This document shows positions 22,619 through 35,885 of a DNA stretch of 52,841 nucleotides, piece after piece. The DNA comes from Chromera velia (lineage: Eukaryota). Position numbers and translations under genes: made by a program. Under the pieces are notes generated by a model, which was given only the letters and a program-made list of their open reading frames with translations, had not been told where the DNA came from and ran no database searches. Within the stretch, counting starts at the first letter, position 1; the number at the start of each line of letters is the position of its first letter. Location: assembly GCA_018398765.1 (NCBI GenBank), contig JAHBMJ010000240.1, positions 1-52,841 on the forward strand, read 5' to 3'.

Positions 22619-25600
22619 CGGGATTGACGGACGGACAGAGAGACTGACGAGTTCTTGTACCGTTAGGGTTCCTTGTGGAAGTTTTGCCGCCTCCTTCGGC
22701 GGACTTTTGGCAGATTCCGGTCCCACAACCGTCGTCTGAGGGGGGCGAGGGCTCCCTTTGGACCTAGGAGACCTGGGGGACCTCGGACTGGTCTCAGGAG
22801 ATTGGGTTTCTGACTTTTCCGGGGACTCCAAGGTATCCTCAATGAACGACTGGGCTGTTGCTGCTGGACTTGTGACAGCCCTGATCTTGCGACGCCCTGA
22901 GACAGGTGAGTCATGAGGGGAAGGAGACGGAAAACCATCGCCTGACATGTCCACCAGCTGTGCACCTGTCCATGTGATGGAGGTTTGGGTTGAATTTTCA
23001 ACGACCTTCTGATGTGCCTCTTGTAAAATCTTTTGACGTAACGATTCCTCCAAACCCTCCCGTTCATCTTCAAGTGATTGGAGTCTGGATTCCGCTGAGT
23101 CGGCTCTCTCCATCGTCTCCTCTAATTCCCTCCTGGTCTTCTCTAATTCCCTTCTGAACCTGTTGATCTCCTCTGTCAAGTCCGCACATTTCCCCTGGCT
23201 CTCACTTGTCTCTCGGATCAATGCCTCTCTGTCTCCAAGACCGCTCTTCAAATTTCGGATCTCGGCCTCCAATTCTTCCACAACGGCCTCGAGACGTCTC
23301 CTTTCTGCCTCAGAGGTCTGGCAGCGTACCTCCATTGCCCCCTTTTCCACCAGGACCTGATTAAGTCTCTCTCTTAATTTTGCAAGCTCCTCGTCGTCAG
23401 TGTCTTTTTGTGTTTCTATCTCTGCAACTTTCGTTTTCTCGGATTTCATGTCCGCTTCTTCCCATTGGGTGGAATTCGTGCGTACGGCTGCTTTGGGTTT
23501 TGGTTTCGGTTTCGGGTCTGGTTTCTTTTTTTGTCTGTCTTCCTTCTCAGCTGCCTCCCGCTTTGCCCTCTCTTCAGCCTCCTGCTTTGCCTTTTCCTCT
23601 GCGTCGACCTGCTTCCACCGCTGTACGTATGGGTCCTCCGGTTGGAGAAACGAAAAAATGTGACGCACAATTTTGCGGACCTGCAGGCAGGGGGGGACAC
23701 CCCACAGGGCAGATGGATGTTGAGCAGTTTCCATGCATAGACATGATGCGGCCTGTCAGAGAAGAGCGTTTTTCTGTCTGTTTTGTCAACTGCTGTTGGG
23801 TACTCTACCGACATTGTGCCACTCACTGCATGTGCCAGATAGCCTATCTCACCAAATAGAGGGAACACGGTAGAAGTGCCAAGTTGTACAGGCAAGCCAC
23901 TCACCGAAAACAATTCAGACAGCCGCCTGCCAAGCAAAGTGAGAAACGAACCAGGGCTTCAAGACCAAGTCATTGCCTTCCTTGTTTTCTTTCCTTTTTC
24001 TTACAAATCAGTCAGGCAGTCTATCCGTCCGTCTGTCTCTTTGTGTATCTGTCTCAACAAAAGATGAAGGGGGCGGAAAGAATGCCTTTGTGGAGGACAC
24101 AGACAGAGTCTTACTTGTGAAACATCCAACTGACAACGAAAAGACTTACAATTCCATCTTGACTGTCGAGAGTCGCGCGAACTGCCATAAGGCCATGGGG
24201 GTCCTGTAGGGCCATTGGTTGGACTGCGTCCTGATCTCCGCTGTTTGCAACGATGACGCTGCCTCTCCCGGACGGGCTCTTTTCATCTTCAAATAAGGAC
24301 GGGAGTTGGGTCAGGAGGGAGTCGAACGCGTTCTTTGTCTGCAAACGGAAAGAGTCACGAGGGAATCAAGTAAGAAGAGAAGAAATGAAGAAAGGCAGCG
24401 AAGAAGGAAGGAAAGAAGGAAGGAAGAAAGACGGGAAGTAAGGAACGAAGGAAGGAAGGAAGGAAGCAGGAATGGACAGATAGAAGGAGAGATGATCAGG
24501 TGGATGGTTGTGTTTGGAAAGGAAATCACAAGGTCTTGAAGGTAGGATGGTAAAGGAAGAAAAAGGATACTCAAAAGAGAACGAAAGAAAATTGACAAAA
24601 AACAGAAATACTTGGAGGAAAAGGCTGGCAACTAAAAGTTGTGCAGCTGTCATTGTGCTTTAATTCAGACTGTATGTGGACTAAACCCCTTCCAGCTGTA
24701 TCCGCTTCCTCAAAAAGTCTCACCGGATCTTCTCCAGTCACTGCAGTGGACACACCAGAAAGAAGACATTGAGGAGGTCAATAAAGGGAGCGATGGTGGC
24801 ACAAGACAGAGAGAGAGAGTGCTTGCAGAGAAGACGGCTGTATTTGTCCTGTTCGCTAGCGCGACGTTATCGAGACAGAAAGACCGTCAACGAGAATGTA
24901 TGACAAAGAACAGGCGTCAGCAGAGAATGGGATGAGAGCAATGAAAAAACAATGGAAACTCTGACAGTTCATGGCATGTGCAAAAACCTCACGGTCCCAC
25001 TGGCTCTCTTTTGCATGCACATGACTCGGTGGAAGACAGACTCACCGACAAATACAGCACCAACCAGAAATCCACACATTTGGAAAGAATACAGACACGC
25101 AAAGACGCCAACAGAAAAACGGACAGATCCACACAGATGCACTTAGATAGACAGACAGTCACACAAAAGCACACAGTCCTACAAAACTCCAGATGACCTC
25201 ATGGATCAGTAGGTAGTCCCACAGACAAGCGAAGGGACACGCACATGCAGGCAAACGTTCAGATAGATATCGAGAGAGAAGACCCAAATCCAGAAGACAT
25301 GCATGCTTACGGACGTTCAGCAAGTAGATCCTCGTCGGCATCTGCATCGTGGTTCTTGAGGGTCTCCAGGACCATCATCTCCCATCTGCAGAGACGTCCA
25401 CACAGACAGAACAGATAAGAAAGATAGACACAGAGAAGGATGGAGAAAAGCAGATAGATCCGGATAGATGCAGTGAGGGGGTGGGGGGAGAGGAGAGAGG
25501 ATCCCGTTCGAGGCGCTGCTTTTCATGATTCTTTTGCGTCTTTTTGCATGCTTTCCATGGAAAGCTGGACTATGACTGAATGATTCTGTCTGACCTTTTG

Positions 25601-27852
25601 ATGGCTGCCTTGAATGCCTTCATTCCTTCCGGAGAGGAGAGCAACGACATCAGGGCCTTCTTGGGTTCTGCCTTGAAGCCCTTCAGAACGTTCTCACCCA
25701 GTCTGCAACAGAATGGTTTCAAATGAAAAAGAAAATCTTTCCTGAAGCACTTCGAGTCTATGCGAATGCAATTCATTCCCTCAGGGAGATTGAATCCAGA
25801 GGAGACAGCTAGGTCTCCTCAAATCCTTCACCTGTCTTCAGCAAGTCTCAAATCATCCACAAGGTCTGCCGGCAGACTCACGGGGTTTTTTCCGGCACTC
25901 TTTCAAAAAGGAAAAAAACACAAAAAAGAAGACACGTTGACAGCGCGTGTACAGCGTGCGCTACCTTGAAGCTGTCCGTACAGAAACTTTCTGTTTTGAC
26001 ATAATCTTCGAACTTATTTGGTCCCCGCATCCAAAACCGCTCCGTCAATTCTTTCTCCTTCCTTGTTTCCGTTCTCTTCACCAACCGTAAGCGTTTACAC
26101 AAGCAGCTATACAGCCCGACCGTGTAGTGAGCATGTTGAGGTCTCGTCGCAATTCCACAATCACTTGCCTCGACCTCTCCTTCTGCACGAGCGACAAAGA
26201 GGAAAGCAAAGACACCCATTGAACATCAGAACCTCTGCAAAGCAGGAAGGAATATCGTACCCCCAACGGGTCACTACGCAATCAGAAAACAGAAAAGCCA
26301 GGATCGCAACCAGACAACCAAAATCACACGGCTTGAATGCAGATAGCAGTTGATCTTTCTAAGCAGCTCTCTCTTTTCTCAGAGGATGACCCCACCACCT
26401 CTTAAAGCCGTTTTCAAAGGTGAAATCAGGAGCCGAAAATTTCAACAATGGCTTTCCCAGCAGTGCAGGGCCAGATATAGCTTCGCAAAACTTCACACAC
26501 CGATCGGAAGAGAGAGAGAAAAGAGAAAGGGCTGCGACAGATAGACTGCATGAAGCTTACCTGTTCCTCTAGTTTCTTCTCGAGTTCCCTCTTCTCTTCT
26601 AGAAGTCTTTTTATTGCCGGATCGCCATCACCGCCTATCTCTCTCCTCTCGTCCTTCCCAAAAGTGATAACATCGCCAGAAGGTCCAAAATCTCTTTGCG
26701 CCCTGGCGGCCTCTTTTGATTTGCGAAGCTGCAGCAGTCATTCAGAGGCCTTCTTTGGTGCTCTGTTGCATCCATGGACAAACAAAACTACGAAGGAATT
26801 GAAATTGATGTTAACACTCCGGAAAGCACGAGGGTGAGTAAGGTTAGAGACTGGAATGGTATATTATGGACGTCGGCACACACAGCTAGAGATAGCGCTA
26901 AACAGAGACGGAGACGAAGGCAGGGACACAAACGAAGGCACACGGTGACAAAAACAGAGAATGACAAACGAGACAGAAAGAGAGTAAAAGAGAACGAAAA
27001 CAAGGCAGACAGAGAGACACACACACATACATACATACAGACAGACAGACAGACAGACAGACAGATAGACAGATAAAAAATCAGTCTCACTAGCTTATTG
27101 ATTCACTCACACACTCACTCTCCCACTCTTTCTCTGTCTCTGTTTTTTTTTCGGTTTCACACACATACACACACGTGTTGGTCAAGCCAATCGAAACGAC
27201 GAAAAGTGCTGTTCACGGATGCTTTGACAAACACACAAGGAAAACACCCACCTCCTCTCTGAGTCGCGTGATTTCCTTCAGATAGTTCTCATTTGTCTTC
27301 TGCAGCTGTTCATTCAATGCCTCTGCCCTCGCCTTTGACGACTGGGCAAATGCTTGGGAGGCGTGGAGCTCCTCCCTCAAGTTCTTCACAGACTTTTCGA
27401 GCTCGGTTTCCTGTAATGATATGTACAGGAAGGCGCACACATGAGAGGAGACATGAGAAACAGGTTCGGTGAATGTGGAGAAGACTGCTCAAACGGGCCC
27501 CTTTCTCCTCTGAGGTTTGTGAATCAAGATTTTCGGGCACAGCAGACACGCAAAAAGGCTGTAAGCCCAAGAGACGACAAGTCCGGAAGATCTTAACCAC
27601 CAACGTTCGGTGGAGGCCGACCTTGGAGCTTTTTGTATCGTCAAAAGTGTCAAAGATGGAACCCCTCTTGGGCAGGGAGAAAGCGTCGGGAGGCAGTGGA
27701 TTTAGGAGCCCTCCGTTGGCTGCAGCAACTGCGGCTGCTGGAGAAGCAGCAGGCACATGCAGTGTGTGGTTTCGAGACGATTTTCTTCGCGCCATTCGGG
27801 CTTCCGCCGGAACCGCGTCCTCCGTTCCTCCCGAAGGTTGAGAAGGGTCCAT
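19861..27852 (-). CDS. Large multi-exon hypothetical protein with coiled-coil and S/P-rich regions
   Basis: Exon 1 27852-27622 (MDPSQPSGG..SSK|gtcggc), exon 2 27410-27252 (ETELEK..LREE), further small exons at 24-26.8 kb, and long exons inside ORFs 22370-23734 (heptad E/K/L-rich) and 19861-22389. Internal exon boundaries and the 3' end are approximate. Confidence 0.55.
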
Positions 27853-28538
27853 CGTCACACTGTCTGTATTTTTCCGTCACTTCTAAGGGGAGAGCAATTG
27901 ATCGCAGACACAGTGAGTGGTCCGGAAGGTGAGCCCCAGATTGAGGCGAAAGATATATCGATATGTAGAAAATCGAAGTAAAGGTCAGACAATCGGGGTT
28001 GCCTTGCTAAGACCGCATGCCGTACACAACATCGCAAAAGAAGCGGTAAATGTACACAGGCGAGCTTCTTGGACTGAAGTCTATTGAGCTCGAAGTATTG
28101 TACGTAACGAATTCTCCTCCCAGTGCTCCTGTATTTTCCTGACATGACAAAGTTCGATCACCACTCATGCATGCATGCATGCATGGCTGCATGAGGGAGA
28201 AGTTGGGTCACTTCGCGAGCGCGCGGCCTGCCCGACCTCATGCAGTGCATGCAGTCTATTTTTTGTCACCATCTCGTCCCGTCTCTCGCGTCTCGCTGCC
28301 GTCTCCCGGCTTCTGTGCGCCCTCTCCTCTTTGCCTTCACGTGTGTACAGAAATCACCAGACAGAAATATGTTTCCGCCCAGTCGTGCGGCCTGGGTACA
28401 CTGATCTGGTTTGTTGAATCTCTGCATGCATGCAGAGACCACCACGAGTAGTTGGATCTGAAAGGGAGACGGCAGACAGAGTATTCTTGTCCGGTTGGAC
28501 AGCTTCTGTAAGAGAATCCAATTGAGAGGCCATTGAGT

Positions 28539-30619
28539 ATGAAGCAGAAGTGTGGAGTTGTTGGCTTGGGTTCTATGGGTCTTGGGATGGCGAAGTGTCT
28601 GGCGGCCTCGGGAACTTTTGAGACAGTGAACGGGTATGACAAGGACCACGGGAAGGTGTTCGCCTTCTCTCAGAGCGGTTTGAAAGGGGCAGTTGGGGCG
28701 AGCAGCGCCGAAGAGGTTTTCCTAGGTAGCAACGTGGTAGTGCTCTCTCTTGTGAACCAGGCACAAATTGAATCCGTCCTCTTCGACGACTCGGGAAATC
28801 CAAAGCCGTTCCTCAAAAAGGAGACGGCAGTCATCCAAACGTCCACCGTCTCCCCCTCCTATGCAGAACATGCCGGGGCGCGCCTGGCCTCCAAGGGGGT
28901 GCTCTTTCTTGACGCCCCTGTGAGCGGGGGACCAAGACGGGCAGGAGACGGCGCTCTGGTTGTCATGGCTTCCGGGTCGGAGGAAGCCTTCGGGGCCGCA
29001 GATCCTGTGTTGAAAGTGCTTACCGCAAATGTGAAGGCGTCAGGGGTGCTGCACAAAATCGGGTCGCACCCCGGACAGGGTTCCACTGCGAAGATGGCAC
29101 ACCAACTGCTGGCAGGGGTGCACATCTGTACCGCTGCCGAAGCCCTCAATCTGGCCAAGCAGTCAGGGCTGGACCCTGCACAGCTGTACGACATTGTGAC
29201 TGCCGCCGCAGGGAATTCGTGGATGTTCTCAGACAGGGGCAAGCGCATGTTGCAAAAGGAGCCGGACGTCCTCTCTGCTTTGAGCATCTTCATCAAGGAC
29301 CTTGGGATTGTGTCTGAGGAGGCAGACAGGCAGAGCGTTCCGGTTCCACTTGCAGCACGCGCCCTCCAGACTTTCCGTTCTGCCCAGCAGTCTGGTTGGG
29401 GGGCTCTGGACGACTCTCAGGTCGGTTGGTCTAGAGGGTCCAGTGGAAGGCAGAAAGCTGTGCATAGAATCTTTTCCTAGCTGTCTTCATGAAATTTGAA
29501 GAAGGTGGCGTGTGCATCGAGAGCAACCCTGCGGGGCTTCGAGAATGTTATCAGTCAAAGCGAGGGCAAGGACACGGAGAGATGAGAGAGACATGCTTTT
29601 TGATACGCACACCTGCATATTTGAAACTATCATGAAATATGTGAGGTGTGTAGGTTGTGATACAAGCTGGCCTCTCTTGTAGAGGCTGTTGATTGGGTAG
29701 ACCAACCAGAAGTCTGAATCAACTCTTGGTGAATTTGTTGTTTGTTGTTTTGAGGTTCCATTGTTCGACCTGGCTGTTGCAGGTGATTCGGGTGTATGAA
29801 TCGAAGCTGACAGGACACCAGGAGAGCTCTGAGGGCCTTCCTCCAGGAAAAGAATTCGTTGAGGTCTGTTGAGAAATGTCTTTGTGTTTCTGTCTGTCTG
29901 TCTGTCGGTGAAGAGCTCAAGGTACGTTGCGGGGATTTTTCGACCTTCATCCGCCCCTCCCTTCCCCCCTGTGAGTGTGCGTGTGTGTGTGTGTGTGTGT
30001 GTGAGTTCGCACGCGACCTATTTGTGGCCTCTGATTTTTCACTTTCATGGCTGAAGGGGTGAGGGCGGTGGTGGCCTTGAGATGAATATCCCTTTTGCAG
30101 GCACTTATACGCATTCCTGTGACCTATGTTCACACATTTGGACGCACATGGACATCTTCTGTGCCTGCGTCAAAGATTCCAACTTTGATTGACTGATGGT
30201 TCATCGCCTCCTTGTACCTGTCTGACACACTGTCGCTTTGCCTCCGTCTGCGTCTGCCTGCTCGTGAATATCATCAGGTAGCAGATGAGCCGAGTCACCT
30301 GACGGTGTTCAAAAACGAATTCACAACTGTCCTTAAAGTTTCCTTTCCTCCCGGTAGGTCTGCCTGTTTTCTCCCTCTCTGTCTGCCGGTCTGTCTGTCT
30401 GTCGGTTTGCCTGCCTGTCTATTTGTCTGTCCGCCTGCCTGTCTGTCTGTCTGTCTGTTTGCCTGCCTGCCTGCCTGTCTGTCTGTCTGTCTGTCTGCCT
30501 GCCTGTCAGTTGGCCCGCCCGTCTATTTGCCTGTCTGTCTGTCTGCCTGTCGGTTTGCCTGCCTGCCTGCCCGTCTGTCTGCCTGCCTGCCTGCCTGCCT
30601 GCCTGTCTGTCTGCCTGCC

Positions 30620-30656
<37 letters not shown>

Positions 30657-32580
30657 GTGTGACAGTCGGAAGGTTCTATAGAACATCGGGGAGAAGCGAA
30701 AGGGGAGGGAGTTGGGGGCTGGGTAGTAGAGCGTTGGTTGCTGTAGGTCTTTTCGGCCTCGCTGTTTCGGTTCTTGGATCTTTCTGTTCTGAAGTCTGTT
30801 GGAAGCTTCCTTTTTGTCTGTGTGCGTGAGAGGCATCGTACTGGGTGGCCTGTTCACTTGAAGACTGCTGATCTGCCCTCCGCTGCTTCAGGTGTGACGA
30901 CATGGATGCACCGTCACTCCGAGGACTCTCTGTACTTTTTTCTGGTCGAACCTGAACTGCACGTCCTCAACGAGCTGCTTGGATGCGCACCTGTAGAAGA
31001 CAAAATGGAGTTCGGAGAGGTCTGTTCTGAGGTTGTGTATGCACATGTTGGATTGTGCCTGTACATGTTGGATTCTATGGACTTCCGAAATTGCCTGCAC
31101 TTGTTCCCTTGGAGGAAAAAAGGGGGTGAAACATAGATATGCACGTGCATCTAGAAGGGCTTGACTGATATTTGAGTGCTCTCTCTTCGTGGAGGTCTCA
31201 AAGTGCTGTAGATGATCGGCGTGTCGGTCGGTCGGAAGCTTTCCACGACCCGACCGACCCAATTGAGTATCCATGCAGTCTCTTCCTGATTCCCTGAATT
31301 CGATCTGCGTTTCCCCTTTGGGTTCTATACTCTCCTTTGGACTTCCCAAAGGGATGGGAGGAGCCCCCTTCCAAAGAAAAGAAAAGAAAAAAGACTGCGT
31401 CCAGCTCCGCACATCCTCGTCCTCTCCCTAGCTCTCTGTTGCCCCATGCGCAATCCCCCTCCATCCGTGTCCACAATTTCCATCGACAGTCAGTACCCAT
31501 GTGCATGCCAGGGCGAGCACTAACCGAGATCAACGAGTCAGGATTCGGAAGCTGAACAATGCATGTGAGTTTTTCATTTATTGATATCTCTTCCCTGGCA
31601 CGCAGGTCCGGTTCGGCACTCACAGGGGAACCCCGCTTGTGCACAAGATTACGAATAAGACCACACAGCAAATGCTGTGCATCGACGCAGAGGTAACAAA
31701 GAGCCCCCCAATGGTCAGAGGAGAGAAGCCCCTCGAGGCGCCCTTCCACGAACTTGTGAAGACCAGAGACAGGTGCAGGTGCGTGAGTGTGTGGAGGGAA
31801 TGAATCAAAATCAAAATGAAAGGAACGTTGGAGTAAAAGAAAGTGTCAAAAGAGCCCAACATGAGGTATGCGGACACAAGAGAGAGACGAGAGGAGGTAG
31901 ATCTCCCGTGGAGAATTTGCATGGGTGTTGCGTCGTGGTGAGACGAGCGTTTTTGTTGCAGGGTTGGGTACTTCGTCGTTGTGTTTACTTGAAAATGGCT
32001 ATTCATCTGTTGTGACTCCTTTCTTGCTTTCGCCCTTTTCAAATGAACCGGGTGACTGAATGCTTACATTTTTCTGCGGAAGGATCGACTCAGGGCGGCC
32101 GCATGAACCGCACAGCCGGTTGCATCGCGTGTCCTGTCCGGCGCTGCCGTAAGCATGCAGTGCCACCTTTGGATGGAAGTCCGTACTCGGATTGTGCACA
32201 CGACGGATAACCAGATCGATGGGAGACCGCCTATAGGCTGCATCGTCCAGGTCGTCTGTCCGCATGGACTTCGGATTGATTGAGCTCACTACTGCGGTCT
32301 GATTAATTGATGCCCGTGCATACTTGACTGCATGGTCTGCAGGGTGTATCGGGTTTTGTTGAAGCCAGGGGAGTCCTTCCAGACTGTGTATGACTTTTTT
32401 TCTCTCATGGTTGTGAAAGAGCGAGGTGAGATTGAGGTCTCAAAAGGAAAAGACGGTTTTTTGAAGATGAAGCAGAGCTGGAAGAGAGGAGAGGTAGAGT
32501 GGAGGGAGCCAGCAAGCGAGTGGCGGCAGGAAAACATCGGACAGGGCACTTTTGAAGCGTTCGTAGCTGAGTGGAGATAG
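28539..32580 (+). CDS. ltnD: L-threonate dehydrogenase-like (beta-hydroxyacid dehydrogenase) fused to a C-terminal cupin-like domain; 6 exons, ~525 aa
   Basis: Exons 28539-29420, 29783-29863, 30278-30353, 30892-31019, 31606-31778, 32343-32580, with GT-AG ends and consistent phases. Motifs GLGSMG, DAPVSGG, GSTAKMAHQLLAGVHI, AAGNSWMF and IFIKDLG resemble LtnD/YgbJ. The C-terminal part has PGVTTWMHRH and VHKITN cupin motifs. Confidence 0.85.
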
Positions 32581-32859
32581 CTATTGAATGGTTAGATTTC
32601 ATTATTCAGAAAATGATGTGCTTTATGATACATAGTTGCACGTAGTTGCCAGTTAACACCCGGCCGTGGACCGCGTGGCAACCCAGAACATAAATCCTTA
32701 TCCTATATAGTATAATCTAAATAACAAACAGTCAAAGCCTTAATTTAGGTGGCATGGAAGCCATGGACTGTCAGATAGGACCACTATGAAAAATCAAATT
32801 TAATTGTAATTGAATTCGAAATTTGTAATTCAAAATGAATTTCTATTCTAGAATGTATA

Positions 32860-33300
32860 AATGGGCCCCGGCATACCATTAATTTGGGCTCTGTATTGGC
32901 CGATTGCGATCCATTTGCTCACCAAAAAAAAAAAAGAGTTTTGTACGTATAAGGTTACGGTTTGGCAAACTACCTCCAGGGCTCGGCCACCAGGCCACTA
33001 TGCAGGGCCCGGAGGGCACCACGGCTCCGATCGATGCGGTGCGTGCGACCATCTAGCTAGGGTTCCATGCTGTTGGCGCCCCCGCGAAAGTGCATGCATG
33101 TAGTGCCAGGGCTCCGCGCACTTTTCATGCAGGGCTCCATGCATGCATACATGCAAATTGCAACCAATACACGCCCGGAGAGGCGATAAGACGTATACAT
33201 GCAAATTGCAATTAACGTACTGCAGTCATAACAGGGCTCTATATGCATGCATGCTCCTGTTATAGGCAGCAGGGCTCCAGATAAGTGGAGCAGGGTTCCA
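32860..33300. repeat. Cluster of short direct repeats (C)AGGGCTCC
   Basis: AGGGCTC/AGGGTTCC/AGGGCCC recurs at about 32978, 33004, 33059, 33108, 33131, 33233, 33271 and 33292. Confidence 0.55.
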
Positions 33301-34123
33301 TATCCTACCATCGAACAAAAGTGTACATAGATATCGAACTCGACCAATGGACTTCACAAAGCTTTTGTGTCAACAGCATGCACCACAAATAAAAGAGGGT
33401 TCTTTTTTGCCGTCTCTCAACCTGCCGTTTTGTTCTAGCCCAGAGAAACCTTATTCCTGCTTGCACAGCTCTTTCCCCTTCTCAAGTAGATTTCAAAAAA
33501 CGCTGTTGGGTGCTCGTCTCTCTGGTCACTTCGTCTACCTTCATTCTATCTTCCACCCCGTGTCAGTTGTGTTCATACAAGCATATACAAGTAGAGTCTG
33601 ACCTTTTTTCTGCATGGATGTGTACGCACATTTTTCTATCAGACAGCATGCAATACCATGATTGAAATTAGGTTCAACTCGTTTTATCTTAACTCTTGAG
33701 TGATTGAACAACGCCAAAAGCTGAATTCACTCGCTTTATCTCCGTTCAGCTCTTTGCCTCTCAGTTTTTGGCCCCCACCGGCACATTCCAAACCCTGCGT
33801 CGTTTTCCATGCATATATGCAGCTGCTTTTTTGCATCCGCCCCGCACTACCGTCTATACCTCTGCCCCTCCCCTTTCACTAAAAGCTAGACCTTGGCCCA
33901 AGGTTTTGCTTCCTCTTTCCCCTTGACTGCAGACCAAGTGCGTTAAAAACCGCCGAGCCCAGTTCCGATGATAAATCGTGAAGGTGAGTGACACTCTGTG
34001 CGCACGCTCGCGTGTGTGTGTGTGTGTATGTACATGTGTACATGCATATATGTATGTATGCGTGTGTATGTGTATGTGTGTGTATGTGTGTGTGTGTGTG
34101 TGTGTTTGTGTGTGTATGTATGT

Positions 34124-34173
<50 letters not shown>

Positions 34174-34240
34174 GTTTGTGTATGTCTGTGTATGTCTGTA
34201 TATCTGTCTGTGTGTGTGTATGTGTGTATGTGTGTATATA

Positions 34241-34278
<38 letters not shown>

Positions 34279-35299
34279 TGTGTCTGTGTCTGTGTGTGTG
34301 TGTTTCTGAGGAAGTTAGCGAGACTCAGTGAGTGGGTTGAGTGACTAAGCAATTAAGTGAGTACATGAATCTAGGCATGTCATTGAGTGAATGGGTGGGT
34401 GAGTGAGTGAGTACCATTGAGTATCACTAAGTAAGTGAGTGACTGAGTAAGTGAAGTGAGTGAATGAGTGAAGCAATGTTTTCTCTGCACAATGTTATCC
34501 GTGATGTCCTATCCCTCCACTTTCCTCTGTATTGTTTTCTCTGTGCAGTGCACACATTTATCAGTTTTCTTGGTTACACATGCAGATGACATACTATTGT
34601 CCTTTCAGTAATATCGGGAGTCTCCCGGTCAAACAACTTTGTTGGTGCGAATCGAAAGGGAAGTGGAAGAGCAACAAAACGGTTGAAAGGAAAAAATCAT
34701 TATGCCCCTACAAAACGCTAAAATCTCCACTTTGGACAGCCCACCCCCTGCTGCACAGGTCGTATGTAAAAGTAAAAGCAGAATCCTGAGTAGAGGAGTT
34801 GCATAGGCAGCATTTAGCCGAGGCTGCCAGATATTGAGTTCCGCGTGCGTTTCACCTGTTCTTCTTATCAGTACACATCCCTCCTGCCTTTTGCTACGGC
34901 TGAAGAAAGCATGTCCGACAAATTGTCTGAAGCGGGCTCTGAAGACAGCAATCAGGCAGGGGGGCTCCACAAGGATGGCTCAGCACCCTTCAAGAACGGT
35001 CAGTCATGATGGCACTCATTGAGACAAAGCGTGTCCACGTACTGAAACTACTTCAGACGCCAGTTATACCGCTGGTTAAGGGAAGCTTAGTTCCTGCACT
35101 CTTGCTTGCTGTGTTTTGCTCAAGTAATGCGTGTGGGCGTCAACCTCTGACTCAGAAAAAGCCCACTAGCATCGTCGCTGCTATAGCGTTACCCTAACGA
35201 GCATCGCTTTGCATTATTGCACTCTGGCCCGCCTTCAAGAAACTGAATTGATTAATTGATTAAAGATCGATTGATTGATTGTCTCTTTTAACCAAATAT

Positions 35300-35885
35300 T
35301 TGAGTCACGAACCTTGGACAGCCAGTCAAAAACGTAGCCTTATCTGCATGGACCTCCGGTTTCTCGATCTCTGTGCATTTTCCCTCTGCCATGAATGCCT
35401 CATGTATTGCAGTCTGCTGTCAAAAAGACACCGCCTCTGTCACCACGAAAAGTTTAGTGACAAGGAGGTGTGAGACCAACAAGTCTCTCTCTTTAGTTGG
35501 GAAGATCGCGGACGCAAAACAGAAGATCAAACAGATGGACAACCTTACTCCAACAGCCAAGAAGGCATTACAGGCTTACATCAACCCTATATAGGGGTCA
35601 AAACAGAAGAGGAAGTTCGTGAAACACCATATCAACGACATCGTTATGCCAGCTCTAAACGAATCCCACTCTATACATAAGGCCGACATCGGCCATGCCA
35701 AGTCGACCACCAACTTGAAGCATCTCATGATGATCCTTGACATTCAAGCAGAGACGCAACCAGACAAGAAGTTTAGAGTCCCCTACCAGGAGCCTCTCAG
35801 GAACGGAGAGGCAAGGAACAGCTACAGCCTTGCTCTTGCCCGTCTCGAAAAGTCCTTTGGTGCACCAATTCAAGTGCCCACGTAG
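35300..35885 (+). pseudogene. Possible decayed coding sequence of unknown origin
   Basis: ORFs 35373-35594 and 35619-35885 are in the same frame, separated by one TAG, and read as continuous protein-like sequence (..KKALQAYINPI*GSKQKRKFVKHHINDIVMP..). No family recognised. Confidence 0.25.

Noticed and set aside
30212..30829. 205-aa CLPA/CLSV-repeat ORF
   Set aside because: An intronic (GTCT/GCCT)n microsatellite; only 30278-30353 is exon.
33879..34352. Cys/Val- and His/Thr-repeat ORFs
   Set aside because: A (TG)n microsatellite.
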